The translations under genes and the position numbers were made by a program. Of a stretch of 64,000 nucleotides of DNA, positions 13,385 to 26,018 are shown one piece after another. The notes under the pieces are model-generated. The model did no database searches. It saw nothing but the letters and a program-made list of their open reading frames with translations, and was not told where the DNA came from. Positions within the stretch are counted from its first letter, which is position 1. Each line of letters begins with the position of its first letter. The stretch is from Pavona decussata (Eukaryota), in the NCBI GenBank assembly GCA_977016875.1, contig CDRNST010000095.1, forward strand, positions 806,001-870,000. Reading direction: 5' to 3'.

Positions 13385-15307
13385 TCAGTATTTTCTCATG
13401 TTGGTGTTCGTTGTGTTCAAACCATACGATTTTAGATTATTTTTTATGGTCCTAACATCAATTAAAATACCAGCCACAACGCAAATGGCAGTAATGAAAA
13501 GAATCACCCAAAAACTGATTTTCAGATATTTAAGTAACAGACGGCGGTCTTTTTCGCCTTCCCGTCCGTTCGTGTAATCCTTAACGAGCCTAATGCCCTT
13601 TCTCTGGCATATTTTTTCCAAGTTTTCGGCGATTGCTGGTCTTCCTACAAAGTAACAGCGACAGTGTTTATTGGCAGACTTGAGAGCTTTCTCGAAATCT
13701 ATTCGGCCATTGATGAGCTGTATTTGGGTGTCGGCTGTTTCAGCTACTTCGTGCTGTTCTTCTTCTCCTGCGGGACTGGTGACGTAAAACTGGAAATTTA
13801 CAATTGCAGTGTTCTTTTCTTTGATCTTTTTCAGGAGCTCGTCGATTGACTCACGCATTAAGTAGTAAAATGCCTTGCATCTTACCGAGTAGAAAATATC
13901 AATTTTATTGGGTTTATGTGGTGTTTCTGTTTTGTGTGCTAGAAAGCTTAGGACGTCCAAGAGATAGCCACACCCAGACCCAGTTGCGAACAGTGTGTAA
14001 TGGAACGGCGATCGTGTCTTGTCTGATTCTTCAGCGACCTGATTGCACAGCTGCCAAACAGAGGAACGATAAGGGCCCCACGTGTGAAAAGTAGACGAGT
14101 TGTTATCGTTGGCTAGCCAGCTTGTCCAAGGGAGGCACAATTGCTCTTCGTCTTCCATTACAGATACCACCAAACCAATGTCCCATGTTGAGTCTTGCGA
14201 TAAATTTGCAAAGGTCGTAAAGGGATGCGATCGCTGAGGAACAACTCCTGAGCTGCCTTTAATCTGATGGTGAAGATAGTATACATCGCCAACGGCATAC
14301 TCCACGTCCTTGTCCAGTTTGATATACACAACGATGTACTCGTTGTTTTCAACGACTCTCTTCCGCACAATGCGACCATGGTGATGTCGGTAAACCCAAA
14401 TGGAGAGTGCTCGGTCCAAACACCAGATGATCAGCACGGGCAGATTTACCACCTGCGACAAGCCATGGGTGATCTTTCGAATGTTGTCAATAGCATACCA
14501 GACACCAGCAAATAGATGCAAGGCCATCGCCAACGAGTAGCTACGTTGGGTAGCGTAATTTGATCTGCTCAGAGGGAAGAAGAAGCAGAACAACACGATG
14601 ATGACCATAAAGCGATAGATCTCGTCCGCGGTGAGGTGTACTCCAGTGTGGTCGTTGAAAGTCCAATTCTGTACGGCTGCGGGATCCCAGAACTCGGACC
14701 AGTTCAAATGATCTGAGTAGCTGCTGTAGTTGAACGTACTTGGAGGGTAGTACTTCAGTGCCGTGCCATCAACAAGAGGCGGGAGAAAGATCACAAGGAC
14801 GTGGGCAAGGGACGGGATGGCAATCAGGAAGATGCCAGCCAATCTGTGGATTCGTACATGAACTTCACGGATACTATCCATCGTGATCCACCTTGGAGCA
14901 ATCTCGTTGATGAAGTTTGGTAAACACCACATCATCGTGTAGAACATCAGATTCTGGGAAGTTATGATGAGGCGAGCGGTGACGGCCCACACGATGTTAG
15001 TAATCGTCTCACCTATGTTGGTCCCCCAGAGGCGTCTGGGAAGTTTTCCTCCTCTGCCAAGCACCACGTCACCTTTAAGGACAAAGTGATCGACCACGCA
15101 CAGCGTTGTTAAGACAAAAAAGACAATCCAAACCAAGGCCTCATATGAGATGGAAAATCGTCTTCGACGGGGATGGACGCTGGATGAAGTCGCATTCGGT
15201 GAAGGCAGATGTTCAGGGATTTCCAGAGAAAAGATTGTTGGTGATGGTGTAACTTTGTTTTTTCTTGACGAGGGTCGATACCTTTTCTCATGAAAGTCTT
15301 CTGTTTC
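13385..15307 (-). CDS. Terminal exon of the NOX/ferric-reductase-like gene (entire TM + FAD + NADPH core)
   Basis: The 583-aa ORF of the track extends 57 codons upstream in frame to the acceptor ttatgcaaaacAG at 15309-15308; stop TGA at 13385. Confidence 0.92.
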   Translation of the reverse strand, partial: ETEDFHEKRYRPSSRKNKVTPSPTIFSLEIPEHLPSPNATSSSVHPRRRRFSISYEALVWIVFFVLTTLCVVDHFVLKGDVVLGRGGKLPRRLWGTNIGETITNIVWAVTARLIITSQNLMFYTMMWCLPNFINEIAPRWITMDSIREVHVRIHRLAGIFLIAIPSLAHVLVIFLPPLVDGTALKYYPPSTFNYSSYSDHLNWSEFWDPAAVQNWTFNDHTGVHLTADEIYRFMVIIVLFCFFFPLSRSNYATQRSYSLAMALHLFAGVWYAIDNIRKITHGLSQVVNLPVLIIWCLDRALSIWVYRHHHGRIVRKRVVENNEYIVVYIKLDKDVEYAVGDVYYLHHQIKGSSGVVPQRSHPFTTFANLSQDSTWDIGLVVSVMEDEEQLCLPWTSWLANDNNSSTFHTWGPYRSSVWQLCNQVAEESDKTRSPFHYTLFATGSGCGYLLDVLSFLAHKTETPHKPNKIDIFYSVRCKAFYYLMRESIDELLKKIKEKNTAIVNFQFYVTSPAGEEEQHEVAETADTQIQLINGRIDFEKALKSANKHCRCYFVGRPAIAENLEKICQRKGIRLVKDYTNGREGEKDRRLLLKYLKISFWVILFITAICVVAGILIDVRTIKNNLKSYGLNTTNTNMRKY

Positions 15308-18300
15308 CTGTTTTGCATAAAAGAGAGATAAATTTCTGTTGGTAAAATGTACATTATGAGGCTACCGTTCTGCTATAAAACTAAGCTTTGTTATTAATGT
15401 TTAAAATAATGAAACAATTACCCTTTTTAATCTTTTGGAATATCGCCTGATTTTATCCATCTTGGCCTACGGCCACGTTGGCTAAGTATCAGGGGATGTT
15501 CCGCGATATAGTTTTTGATTATACCATGGTATACCATGGCCTAGAAATAGCAGCCATTAAATCGTCTTCTTGTCTTTCTTGCAAAATAAAAACAGCAATA
15601 TCTAGCAATATTTTGTGGGTGTTTTAATAAGCGTACTTCACTTTCTTCTGCAGGTATTATAAGGATTTTTATAGCCGACTGGGCATTATGTACCCTTTGC
15701 CTATCTAGCACCTCATATCCACCAACGCACGATAGTGGAATAGTTGTTTGTTTGCAAAAAGAGAAGTAAAATTTTAGTAAACGAAAAAATCTGTACCTTC
15801 AAATCGTGCACAAACTCTTGATATTTGAAACCCATGTCGTCTGTGTACATGTCCATGATTATCTAAAACAGAAATGTAACGTGTTACAACAGTTAACACT
15901 TGTTTTTTAGTTACTTAAAACCTTAGCCAACTGTCAGTGACTACATGATTCAGTAATGATGATTTGCAATCGTTTTAGATATTTAGAAGACTTAAATTAT
16001 TATTACGATAGATTATGAGGGATCACCATTGAAGCTCCCTAAGTATCGTGAATTGAACTAAAATAGAAGAATGGGAGAAACCAAAAGAAGAGCAGATGCA
16101 TCCAAATAAATAAACGTTAGAACGAAAAACCGAGGGGAAGCAGACCAAGCAGCTAGCTGACGAGCTGCAATATCTCTTCCCTTATGACTGTTGTTTGATT
16201 GTTTGCTAAGGTGTTTTTTGTAGAGGGGGTAGAGGACATTTCTTATCAACTAGGGGACGTTAAATGCATTAATGCCCGGCCAAACGATTGAAACATCTTC
16301 CACCATTGTTGATTGTTCGACGATGTTGCGCAGTGTTAAACGAGGTGGATAAACAAATGCAACACTTGGACCAAAGGGTGTGGGTGTGTTCTTAATAGAT
16401 TCTGAAAGGTTTATGCAAAACGGGCTTAAAAGAAAGGGTTCGTGAACAGAAAAGCGATGACTATGGTTTTGCTCTGGATAATGCATACCCGTGACTGTTA
16501 AAAAACTAAGGAGCGCTGTCATGAACCAATTAATAGAGCAACCTAGGAATTCCATTCACCTTTAAATCATCTTCTTCGATGATCTCACTGAGCAGCTTAA
16601 ATAATTCTTCTGCTTGGGTGTCCTGTGCATCCTCATCAATTTCATTTCTTGCAACAAAAATGAGAAAGCAACCGTTATGTTCCTGTGCATTGCAGGGTTA
16701 CGGCTGTCCGTTACTGAGAGGTAACGTATTTGTTGTCTTTGTGTTAACTGTAGCATGCTCGATTCTGAACAATTGCGACGATTTCCTTTAGGGCAGTCGT
16801 GACCGTTTACAAATACATCAAGTTTCAGTTCAATGAAAACTTAGGCAATGTTGCATTTTGCAGTGAAATAACTTGAAGTCATGGATACAAATTTGCACCA
16901 GTTAAGACCGCTTACTATGCACGTACTGGCTTTTGGTAAATTAGTCTCACTATTTAAAGTGTTATTTAGCTCTCCAAACATGAAACCTTATAAATTTATG
17001 AATAAAAATACAGACAACTTAAACAAGATCATGTTTTACTAAGTATGCTAAGAATTCTGCTTATAAAAATGTCGCTTAATATTTTGCATGTTTCTATTTA
17101 TTTTTTCTGGATGTAAAACATAGCCATGATCCAACAAACGCGTTGATTGGTGACCCTAGGTGTTTGTTTTTCTCATAAAGAAACCGTTGCACAAACGAGC
17201 TACATGACTGTACTGGCAAATAACAGGTATACAAACACTTACTTATTGGGATCCTCTGAGGACGTTTTCGCCAACAGATCTTTTATCTCGACGTTGCTCT
17301 TCAATAACTGAGCAACTTTCTTTAGTATCACTTCCTTTTGCTCTTCATTGGCGGATCTTATGCTGTGAGGATTAGCAGTTTTCTCTGTTGAAACAAGGAA
17401 AAAAACATCACGCTGTTTCAGTTTAAATCAGGTTTGGTCTGAAGCCAGCAGAAACACACAAATGAATACTTTAAAATAAAAGCTGTTTGTCTAGGATGTT
17501 GTATTAAGCTTTAATTTTGATGAAAGGGCAATAGCACATGTTAGAATACTAATCAGATGTAAGACGACACCAAAACCTTCCAAAATGCCCTTTCTGTTAT
17601 CTTTCAACACGCAAATGGTTTGAAGCGTTGATAAAGAAAGAAATGCACGAGTGAGGTATTGCTTGGATATTCAGCCCCTAGCCTGTTGAACAGCATACAA
17701 AAAGTAAGCAAAATAAACAAACAAGCGCTCTTAAGCCGAAAAAGTCAGTAAAATTTTATATCCTTCCAACGGTAGTCGAACGGCTATGACGTTCCAAGAG
17801 TCGATCGTTTGGATGCGCTAACCGCAATGCTATCCTGAGATCGTAAGCGAAGTCATGTTCCCTCATAGTGCATTGGTTATAATAGAACAGTCAACCGCCT
17901 TCTTGTAAAATCGAGAGCATAGAGTGGATCATCACACTTTGATATTGATACGGGAAGTATTTTCTCCAATGTAAACGACAAATATGAATAAAGAAGTCAA
18001 TAAATAAATAAATAAATAAACAATTAAATAAACGATGTAACGAACTACCATCCATACCAGACTCTGCATCATGTAGAAACTTGGGCCAGTTACAAGAATT
18101 TGGACTTCTCAGATTGCAGTAGTGGGTCCGAATTTCTTCCACCTCGTCATCAGTCAGGATTTCTTCAAATATCTCCTTGCAAGCTTTCTTAAAGTCACTT
18201 GTGGTAACGAACCCTTTTCTCAGAGGATCATACTCGTGAAACGTCTCCTCTAGCTTTAAGTGAGGGAAAAAGAAAAATATATTAAGTGAGGTTTGTTCAC

Positions 18301-20156
18301 TTTGTTAGGATAACGGGAGTGCTATATTTCCGATGGGAGTTGAACTAGAGCGAATTTATACCATTTCAAACACCGCGTTAATACTTTGGCCACTAGGTCA
18401 GTTGTGATGGTGATGGTGACAGTGATCAGGTGATAGTGGTGATGGTGATCATGGATGGTGGTGAAAATGATGATGGTGATGGTAATTGTAATGATCAGGA
18501 GATGATGATAATGGTGATGGTGATGCCAGTCCAACCCAACCCCTTAACCAATTTTGGAACGTGAACAGTTTTTAACTACAGGCGTAGACTGCCCACTCCC
18601 CCTTATTTATGTAACGGTGGTGGTGATGGTGATGTTGAGGGTTGTCATGATGTTGATATGGTTTCTTTGATGATGGTGATATGCTGATTGTGATCCTGGT
18701 GATGGTGGTCGGGTTGTGATGGAGGTGGTTGTAGAAGTGATGGTGGTGGTGATGAGCCGAGGTGGTGGTGGTGATGATGATGATGTTGATGATGATGATG
18801 ATGATGATGATGAGCGTGATGGTGGTGGCGGCGATGGTGATGGTGATACAGTTCCAAACCAATCCCTCAACTAATTTTGGAACGTAAAAGGGTATTAAGT
18901 ACAGGCGAAGACTGCCCAATCTCCATCTCCATGTGATATTAATCTCTCTTTCTTATATTATGACCATTAAAATAAGCTTAACTGCATGAGAATTTTTGAA
19001 GGGCCAAACAAGGGTTTACACGGTATAAAATATAATCCTACCATAATTCCCTTGTCACGAACGAAGTTCCTGACTTTATCCATCACCTCATCTATTGATA
19101 TGCTCGTCGAGCTGCGAGACGATGTTTCTCCTGTTGATTTCTGCCTGAAGTGTGAGAGGAAAAAAACAAAGTTACCTTGACTGAGGAAACAAAATTGACT
19201 GAAACGTTTCTTCTCAAATAATGCATGATATGATATCAGCTGCGAAAGCAGGCTAAACTGGCCAACGTAAAACGACATGAATTTGACGTTTCGATCACTC
19301 GCCCTTCTTCTCTGACAAAGGATTAACGCTTCAAACACCAGATTCCGCTATAATAAGGAAATCGCCATGATGAATAGGAGCATTGCCATTAAGGGGTCCG
19401 AATTTTGCCCTCCAGCCTGCTAGATAGACCTCTCACAATCTCATTCCACCGGATCGGATTACGTTTTCAAAAACAATGTTACTGATCTAGGACAATCTAA
19501 ATTTCTTCCTGGTTGCCCTAGTGCTATAATTGCGGTAAAATGTCATTGGGAAGAGAATCAATGTTGTTATGAAATGGAATTTCATTATTTAATGACTTAG
19601 TGAGTTGAGGTTTTTTAGTTGAACGTTTTAGAACTTGTCACCGTTACGCTGATTCAAGGTCTAGGTTATCCTACATAAACGTTTTGTAGTTTATAAGTGT
19701 TGTCGTTCTGTTGATGGTTATTTTAGTGTTTTAACAGCTCTCGAAATAGAAATGCTTGGCGATCCTTGTTGACCTTGGCTTGGTCCACCATCAAATTTCG
19801 AGTTCTTAGTTTGTTGAATATAAACTATCGTTATTTCCAGGTTTTTCATTGGATACCTGTTATTTCAATGTGTGGTCGTGTAGGTTTATTTGGGTTTTCT
19901 TAGTTGAGTAGAAAACGGAATTCTGAAAGTTCCCACGGTCAGTTAACCCAAACATGTCAAAAAAAAAAAATCAGACTATTTAATTGCGAACATTCAAGCT
20001 TGTAGTCAGTCAGTTGCCACACAAGTTTAAAGACCCATTTTTTCCCAACACGGATCTCACGCTAGTTTACTAACTTATTAAGTCATACTCACAAAAAGAC
20101 CTAATAAAACAAATAAATAAATAAATAAATAATACTCACCTTTCACTTCCTGACAT
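13385..20156 (-). CDS. EF-hand-containing NADPH oxidase / ferric reductase (FRD superfamily)-like membrane flavocytochrome, 844 aa, 7 coding exons
   Basis: Exons 20156-20140, 19144-19042, 18253-18058, 17384-17243, 16647-16560, 15862-15797 and 15307-13385 join in one open frame (2535 nt) with GT-AG introns of matching phase. N-terminus has EF-hand-like repeats (FHEYDPLRKGFVTTSDF). Core has 6 TM with two His pairs, FAD motifs HPFT and GPY, and NADPH-domain motifs ATGSG, GRIDF and FVGRP. Confidence 0.88.
18400..18920. repeat. Two-copy intronic duplication of a (GAT/GGT)n tract plus short unique tail
   Basis: Trinucleotide tracts each followed by ccaa..ccc..aattttggaacgt..tacaggcg.agactgccca (~18530-18600 and ~18850-18920). 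Confidence 0.85.
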
Positions 20157-20227
20157 GTCAGTAAGATCAATATAACCTGTATGTATAAATACAATGGTTA
20201 ATACGTTTCGAGCCGCGAGGGGAAATA

Positions 20228-20370
20228 GGCCCAGATTTACGAAGTCTTTCTAAGTTAAGATGTATCTTAAGTATTGATTCTGGACAATAGTCTGTTGTTA
20301 GTCCAACAATAGGCCATTGTTTAGAAACAGATACATCTTAACTTATATGAAAGGCTTCGTGGATCTGGCC
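20228..20370. mobile_element. Palindromic ~143-bp MITE (Harbinger-like GGCC ends)
   Basis: ggcccagatttacgaagtctttc-taagttaagatgtatct pairs with agatacatcttaactta-tatgaaaggcttcgtggatctggcc; the centre is also self-complementary. Confidence 0.75.
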
Positions 20371-21269
20371 GCAGGAATGCGGCAAAGGCGTTGCCTGTGG
20401 TCCGGCACCCTAATCAACTCAGTGGGTATGGGCTTCTTTTATTCAAATGCGTCACTTTAGTCATAAACAAATAAAAATGTTAAAAGTCTTACAATAACTT
20501 GGAGATACTATTTGCTATCTGATAAGAACTTTATCAACTTTATCTAAGAACTTCATCTTTAAGAACTTTATCTGCGAACTTTTTGCTTTTTGATAAAATG
20601 AGGAAGGGAAGACTTTGGGGTGATACTTGAGGGAGGGCCGGGTTATTGGGAGAGGGTGGGAGTTACAGTCAATTACGTTTAAATTAGTAAGAAAACATAC
20701 CGCTTTCCACCGACATTAGGATGCAGTATTAAAACCTCAGAGGCACTCAGTGTTTTCACTAAATCTGTAAAAAGATAAAATACATTATAAAATAATCTTG
20801 ACTGACTGAATTCTCTGATTACTTTAAATCTGTGTTTGATTAACCAAAAGAAAGCAGTATATAGTATTTCATGCCGTGCCGTGTGAAAACAAACCATTTC
20901 AGTTGTCCAAATTTCTACGGACTGATTAGCAAAAAGGCTAGTAGAATTTTAAGAAAACACCAATTGCTTCCCTACTGGCTTGTGCTATTTTCCATAACCT
21001 CGCTCTTCCACACTTCTAAACTCATAGTCAATAAAGCTATATGACAACAAGAAAAATTGGCTATAAAATGTGGTACTATAACTAATAAAACTCGCGAATA
21101 ATTAAATAATTAATCCGTGTAGTAAGCAATCAAAACATAGTAAAACCATTCAACATATCTCCAAACTTCCGCACCCGAAGCGGGCTTTCGGTTTGCGTTA
21201 CAGCCCCGCGCATTTGAAACGGAAGTACAATATAACCGTGATGTTTTTGTCAACGTTTTGAGGAGGCCA

Positions 21270-22490
21270 GTTAACACGGTAGTTTATTGCATAAAAATGC
21301 GGTTTAACTACGTTTGAAAATTTTTGGCGTTACTGCGTGAACAAAATGGATGTGTAAGGATATCTTTCCGGCAAGATCAATGACCATGGGTGGATATCCA
21401 TCCATAAAATTTAAAAATTCGCTGAAAAATTGCGTTACTTCCGTTTCTTTCCATACTTGGAGGATATGATATCCATTTATTGTTAAGCCAATTACGTACC
21501 GAGTTTGAGCGATGACACTTCAATATGGCGTATATAACCGACTTTTTGCGTTTTCGCATGTTTGGCTGAGAAATGGCTTCGGCATTTAGAAGTTCGTGGG
21601 TCGATTTTATTCCCGCAGATGATGTGTTAGAAAAGATTTTTGGTAATGTAAACTCCGTCGAAGGGATGTATAATGATGAAGAAATCGATATAGACCGTCA
21701 GCTAGAAAACTAGAGCGAGGAATCGAGGTAAGCGCTTAACGAATTCCTTCGCGTCTGTTCGCGAAAGCGACGCCATCGAGCACATGGTTTTGAAATGCGG
21801 AGATATGCTCCTCAGGTTACTTTTTTTGCGTTTGATATCTCGTCTTGTTCTTGAATATTGATTATGAATTCGTATTTGTTGGTAAAAAGCTCAATAATGT
21901 TTGCTGAAAGCATATTTTAAGCGATGCGATTCAGAATATTTGCCCAATCGAAATCGATCCCGTAATTTGTTCAGTTGTTATGTTCCCATGGAGAAATGAA
22001 TTTCTTGACTTGTTTTGGTGCGATTGCATGGGCAAAAAAACAATCATAACTAATTTTAGATTTCTTCTTTTTCAGCCCAATTTTCAGGAAATGTTGCTGA
22101 CACGAGAAGGATCATTTCCTTTTTCAATTCATTGTACAATTACATATCACTTTGAAAAAAAAAATCGTTTATCTTCAGATATAATCAATTTCTTTTGTTA
22201 TTTTTTTCAGAAAAGTGCTGGGTTTCTATGATGGGATTTATCTTTTTTTCTGAGAAGCCCATTTTATACACTTTAAAATGAGATATTGTAGGCCATATTA
22301 CTGTAAATGGTTGTCCAGATAAAAAATAAACATTCGATGTGGTAAATTTCGCCTATTTTTTGCCTGCAGAAAATTGAAATATTAATTTCTGAGCATGCGT
22401 GGTATCATTTTCTTGTCGTACATATTGCATTTCAATCATTATAAAAGATAGCTTTCAACCAGCATGAGAGCGTACTCATTAGAGATTGCT
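21270..22490 (+). mobile_element. Probable decayed DNA transposon (piggyBac-like) with acidic first exon 21573-21727
   Basis: MASAFRSSWVDFIPADDVLEKIFGNVNSVEGMYNDEEIDIDRQLEN*SEES followed by donor GTAAGC; in-frame stop; ttaa-cac near 21271. Boundaries are approximate. Confidence 0.35.
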
Positions 22491-23665
22491 TAATCATTTG
22501 AGTAAATGCAGTTTTATCTTCTCTTCTCTGTTCTAAACAAGCCTGAATTTCTTAAGAACATTTAAAACGGAAATAGTTTTGAGCAAAAGGTTTTTTCAAG
22601 GTCCAGGGCGAATAATGATTGATAATTGTCTTTATCAATTCGTTCTTCCGGAAAGCTGCGTGCTTTGTTAGAATAAATGTGAAGTTATCGATGTGTTTAC
22701 CAAGCACTACCTTTACGTTACCACAATTTTCCGTTTCAGCAAAAAGGTATGACGAAAGCTATTTTGATAAGTACGGTTCATTGTGACACTGTTTAGTTAT
22801 TGCTGTTACGAAAAAAAAAAATTGAACATGAGAAAATGAAGCTTATCAATACAAGTAGAAATATTGATTCTATAAAAATTACCAGTTTTCTTTCTTGAGA
22901 CTTGAGTAGTTTTTGAGCTAAATCTTGCTGCAGTTTTGAAACCCCTTTGATGCTTTAGTTACCTGTATACGTTAGATTTGGAACTTCTAAATCAACAAAC
23001 GGTTGCTTTATTTGCTATTTTTTGTTATTAATTTGTTTATCCAAAAATGATATCTTCATGACATTATCACGTTCTCGTGCTGAAACGCGCAGAGGCTGAA
23101 ATAACTAGCAGGCGCCTTTAAGTTATAGGAAATGAGACAAAAAGCTGTAAAGGCTATAAACAGTGCTGATCTGGTAAGAGAACGATTTATGTCACTATCC
23201 GGTTATGATCGCCGTAAAGTCTCTATTTATAAACCTTATTTGAAATCTATGTGCAGAAATGAAACCTCAAACGTAAGAACAAAAATACCAAAGTCAAAAA
23301 GAGACCTCAAACTACGTATGAGAAGAAGAGCGTTGCTTGGCTATGAATGTTTTGTGCCAACGTAAAGAGATTCGAATCTCTTTACGGTAACCAAATTAGC
23401 TTATCAACTCTATCACCGACGAAGCACCACAGTTTCTTTAGAACTGATAAAGTGATATCCTTATACAAAGAAAGGCATATTAGCGATAAACTCTTTTGTG
23501 TAACCAATCCGTAGCTAGCCAAATAAAGAGAGAAATTTGGCAAGGGATAAAGATGTCTCAAGAATTCTTAGGTTGCCAGTATCCAAGCAACAACTTTTAA
23601 AATTTTCAGACCTAAAAAATATTAATATCATCTTCATCATCAGCTACCAAACCAGAAAGTTGAGC

Positions 23666-23950
23666 ACCTTGTTAAATTTGAGCCCTCCTCAATCATCTGG
23701 TGGCCATTCCTTCAAGCCGTGGAAAGTCAGAGGCTTCTTTTAAAGTAAAGCAAGTAACATCCCGGAATCCTTAAGGAAAAGCATTGATTTGCCATTTTTT
23801 ATAGCTTTTCGTACATTGACCACTGACAAAACAATAGCCAATCACACTGCGATTTATCGTTAAAGAAACTCTTATAGCTCCAGAAGTAACACCTTTCGCT
23901 TTACTTTGAGAACTGATCCTACCGATGCGAAGGGAAGAAACAGAGGAAGG
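23666..23950 (-). promoter_or_regulatory. Promoter-like module A (CCAAT, TATA, non-coding first exon, donor)
   Basis: CCAAT 23838-23842; - strand CTATAAAA ~23804-23797; aacaag|GT at 23667; homologous to modules B-D. Confidence 0.55.
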
Positions 23951-26018
23951 CCAATGTTTTTTTCACTTTCGTGGCTGAGTGGGACATCGGTAGAATTATA
24001 CTGAAACATTAAACAAAACCAAAGGTTGCGAAGGGAGAAATTTGTAATTTGACGTGAACCTCAGTCTTTTCGTCGAAGGGGTCCACAACAACGTACGTAT
24101 CGTGACAGCGATAATGTACGTGAAAGCGAACTGAAGCAAAGCTAAGTGGTGTGATTTAGATCGGAGACAGCAGTCTAAAATCATTTTGGGTCCGTAATTC
24201 ACGCCACTTGCCCTGGAGTTAGTTCATTCGCTCACACATTTAGGAAAATGAAAAATGTTACGAATACCATTTTAATCGATGACGCCAATAAGCCGGCCTT
24301 GGATATTAACCAAACAATATATTGTGGTTGCCTTCAGTATTGTTAAAGTATTGCTGTAGTCTTTTCTTTTCTTTATTTTTTTTAGGGAAAAAAGGTCACT
24401 CGTTCAGCTTCGAAGTTACCTAACTGAGCAACAATTGAAAGTTTCTTTGTTTGTTTTATTAACAACTAATTAGATTTCTCCCGAGTTCGGAATCAAGTTC
24501 TCTCGGAATAATATATGGCGACTAGCTGATGGATTCGAAATAAACGCAACAGTTGTTCTATATTGATCATATGACCAAAAGATACGAATGTTGAAAGTGA
24601 TGTCAGTAATAATTTTTATTTTTAAAACAGCAGTTTAATTTCGACGCTTCAGGCTTCAGCAACCATACTTTCACGTATACATAGCGAAATCTTCCTTTAA
24701 ATTTTTATATAAGCAATGCAGCACAGGATAATTAACTGTCACCCAAAGAATCACATGGAAACTGTATAATTAGATTTATTTTTAGCAGCTTGGTAATGAT
24801 TGATAAACAATGGCCAAATCTTCTTTTATGCGAACGGATACTAACTTGAAAACGTCGGGCCGGTTTTATAACGTTCTTTCGTCGTGTCTAAGATAACATT
24901 GCTAGCAATATGTTGCGGTTTATTTTTTCCTTGAAAATTCACCTGATTTCAACTCATTAGTGAAAGGCAACTCACTAATGAGAATTTGAGGTATTTTAAA
25001 CCTTAATTTAGAAATTTTGGAATTTTTACCCTAAAACGAGATAAACATCACGAATCTGCCCCTTTAACAATAATAAGAGAGTTAAAATACACATATATAA
25101 TTTTTCAACAGAAACCAAGTATTTACTCTGGCCAACCAGAGCAGACGTAAACAAGATAATCGACCAACCAAAAACAAGTGCATGTAGCCGACACCAAGCG
25201 CGGGAAAATGCGAGCTAGCAAGTCATTATTGGTTTTGGTTTTGCTTCTCATTGGCTGAGATTATGGAGCAAATTTTGCTAGCCATAGTGCATTAAAATAA
25301 AACCAAAGCAAACGCCAATCGACTTTCGACACTCAAAGAAAAACGGCTCTATTTCCGCCTGTATTCATTAAATTGCTCAATTGCAAATCGCACAATCGCA
25401 ACGAGCTTTAAGGAAAATTTTGAAGGCAAAAATATAACTTACTCCTTGATCCAGCACGTTTCCTTACAGAATAACTATTAATAACTATCAAAAAATAGTG
25501 AAAAGTAAAGCTGAAATGGAGAAACAAATACAAACAAGTAACAATTCACCTGAACCTTACTATAATAAATGGAAACCTTTAATTGAAAAGAAGTTTGTTC
25601 ACTCGCACTAGCAATGATGTATTCAGTCACTTTTTTTGTTGTACTCTGTAGTATGTGACATAAAGTACTGTAATTTAATGTAATTAATCTAACTAAATGG
25701 TTTCTAACATAGTCTTATATCGAATTGTAAATATTGTATTGTGTTGTAAGTATCATCAAGTATTGTAAATGTAAGGAAAATATTGTATTATACGTGTCAT
25801 CATATGCAAGCTAAGTCGTGTAATTTTTTTTGTAAGTGTTTTACAAAATAAAAGTTGTATTAAAAAATAATATTAGTAATGATAAATAACTATTAATAAC
25901 AATCATTATAAAAAAAATTCCTTCCAGTTCTTTCAGTCCTGGTCAGACGCGTGACTCACGCGCGTTTTTTTTTTTTATAATGAGATCAAGCATGACTTGA
26001 TTTCTTGGTATAGAATTA

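Noticed and set aside
16250-16555. 101-aa - strand ORF
   Set aside because: Intronic, has no motif, and is not needed for the frame of the NOX-like gene.
18322-18919. His/Ile/Thr/Ser-rich ORFs
   Set aside because: Translations of an intronic (GAT/GGT)n tract; the NOX-like gene splices across it in frame.
23870-23920. Conserved upstream blocks of modules A/B read as terminal coding exons
   Set aside because: No reading frame is conserved across all four copies; conservation centres on CCAAT/TATA-like motifs instead.
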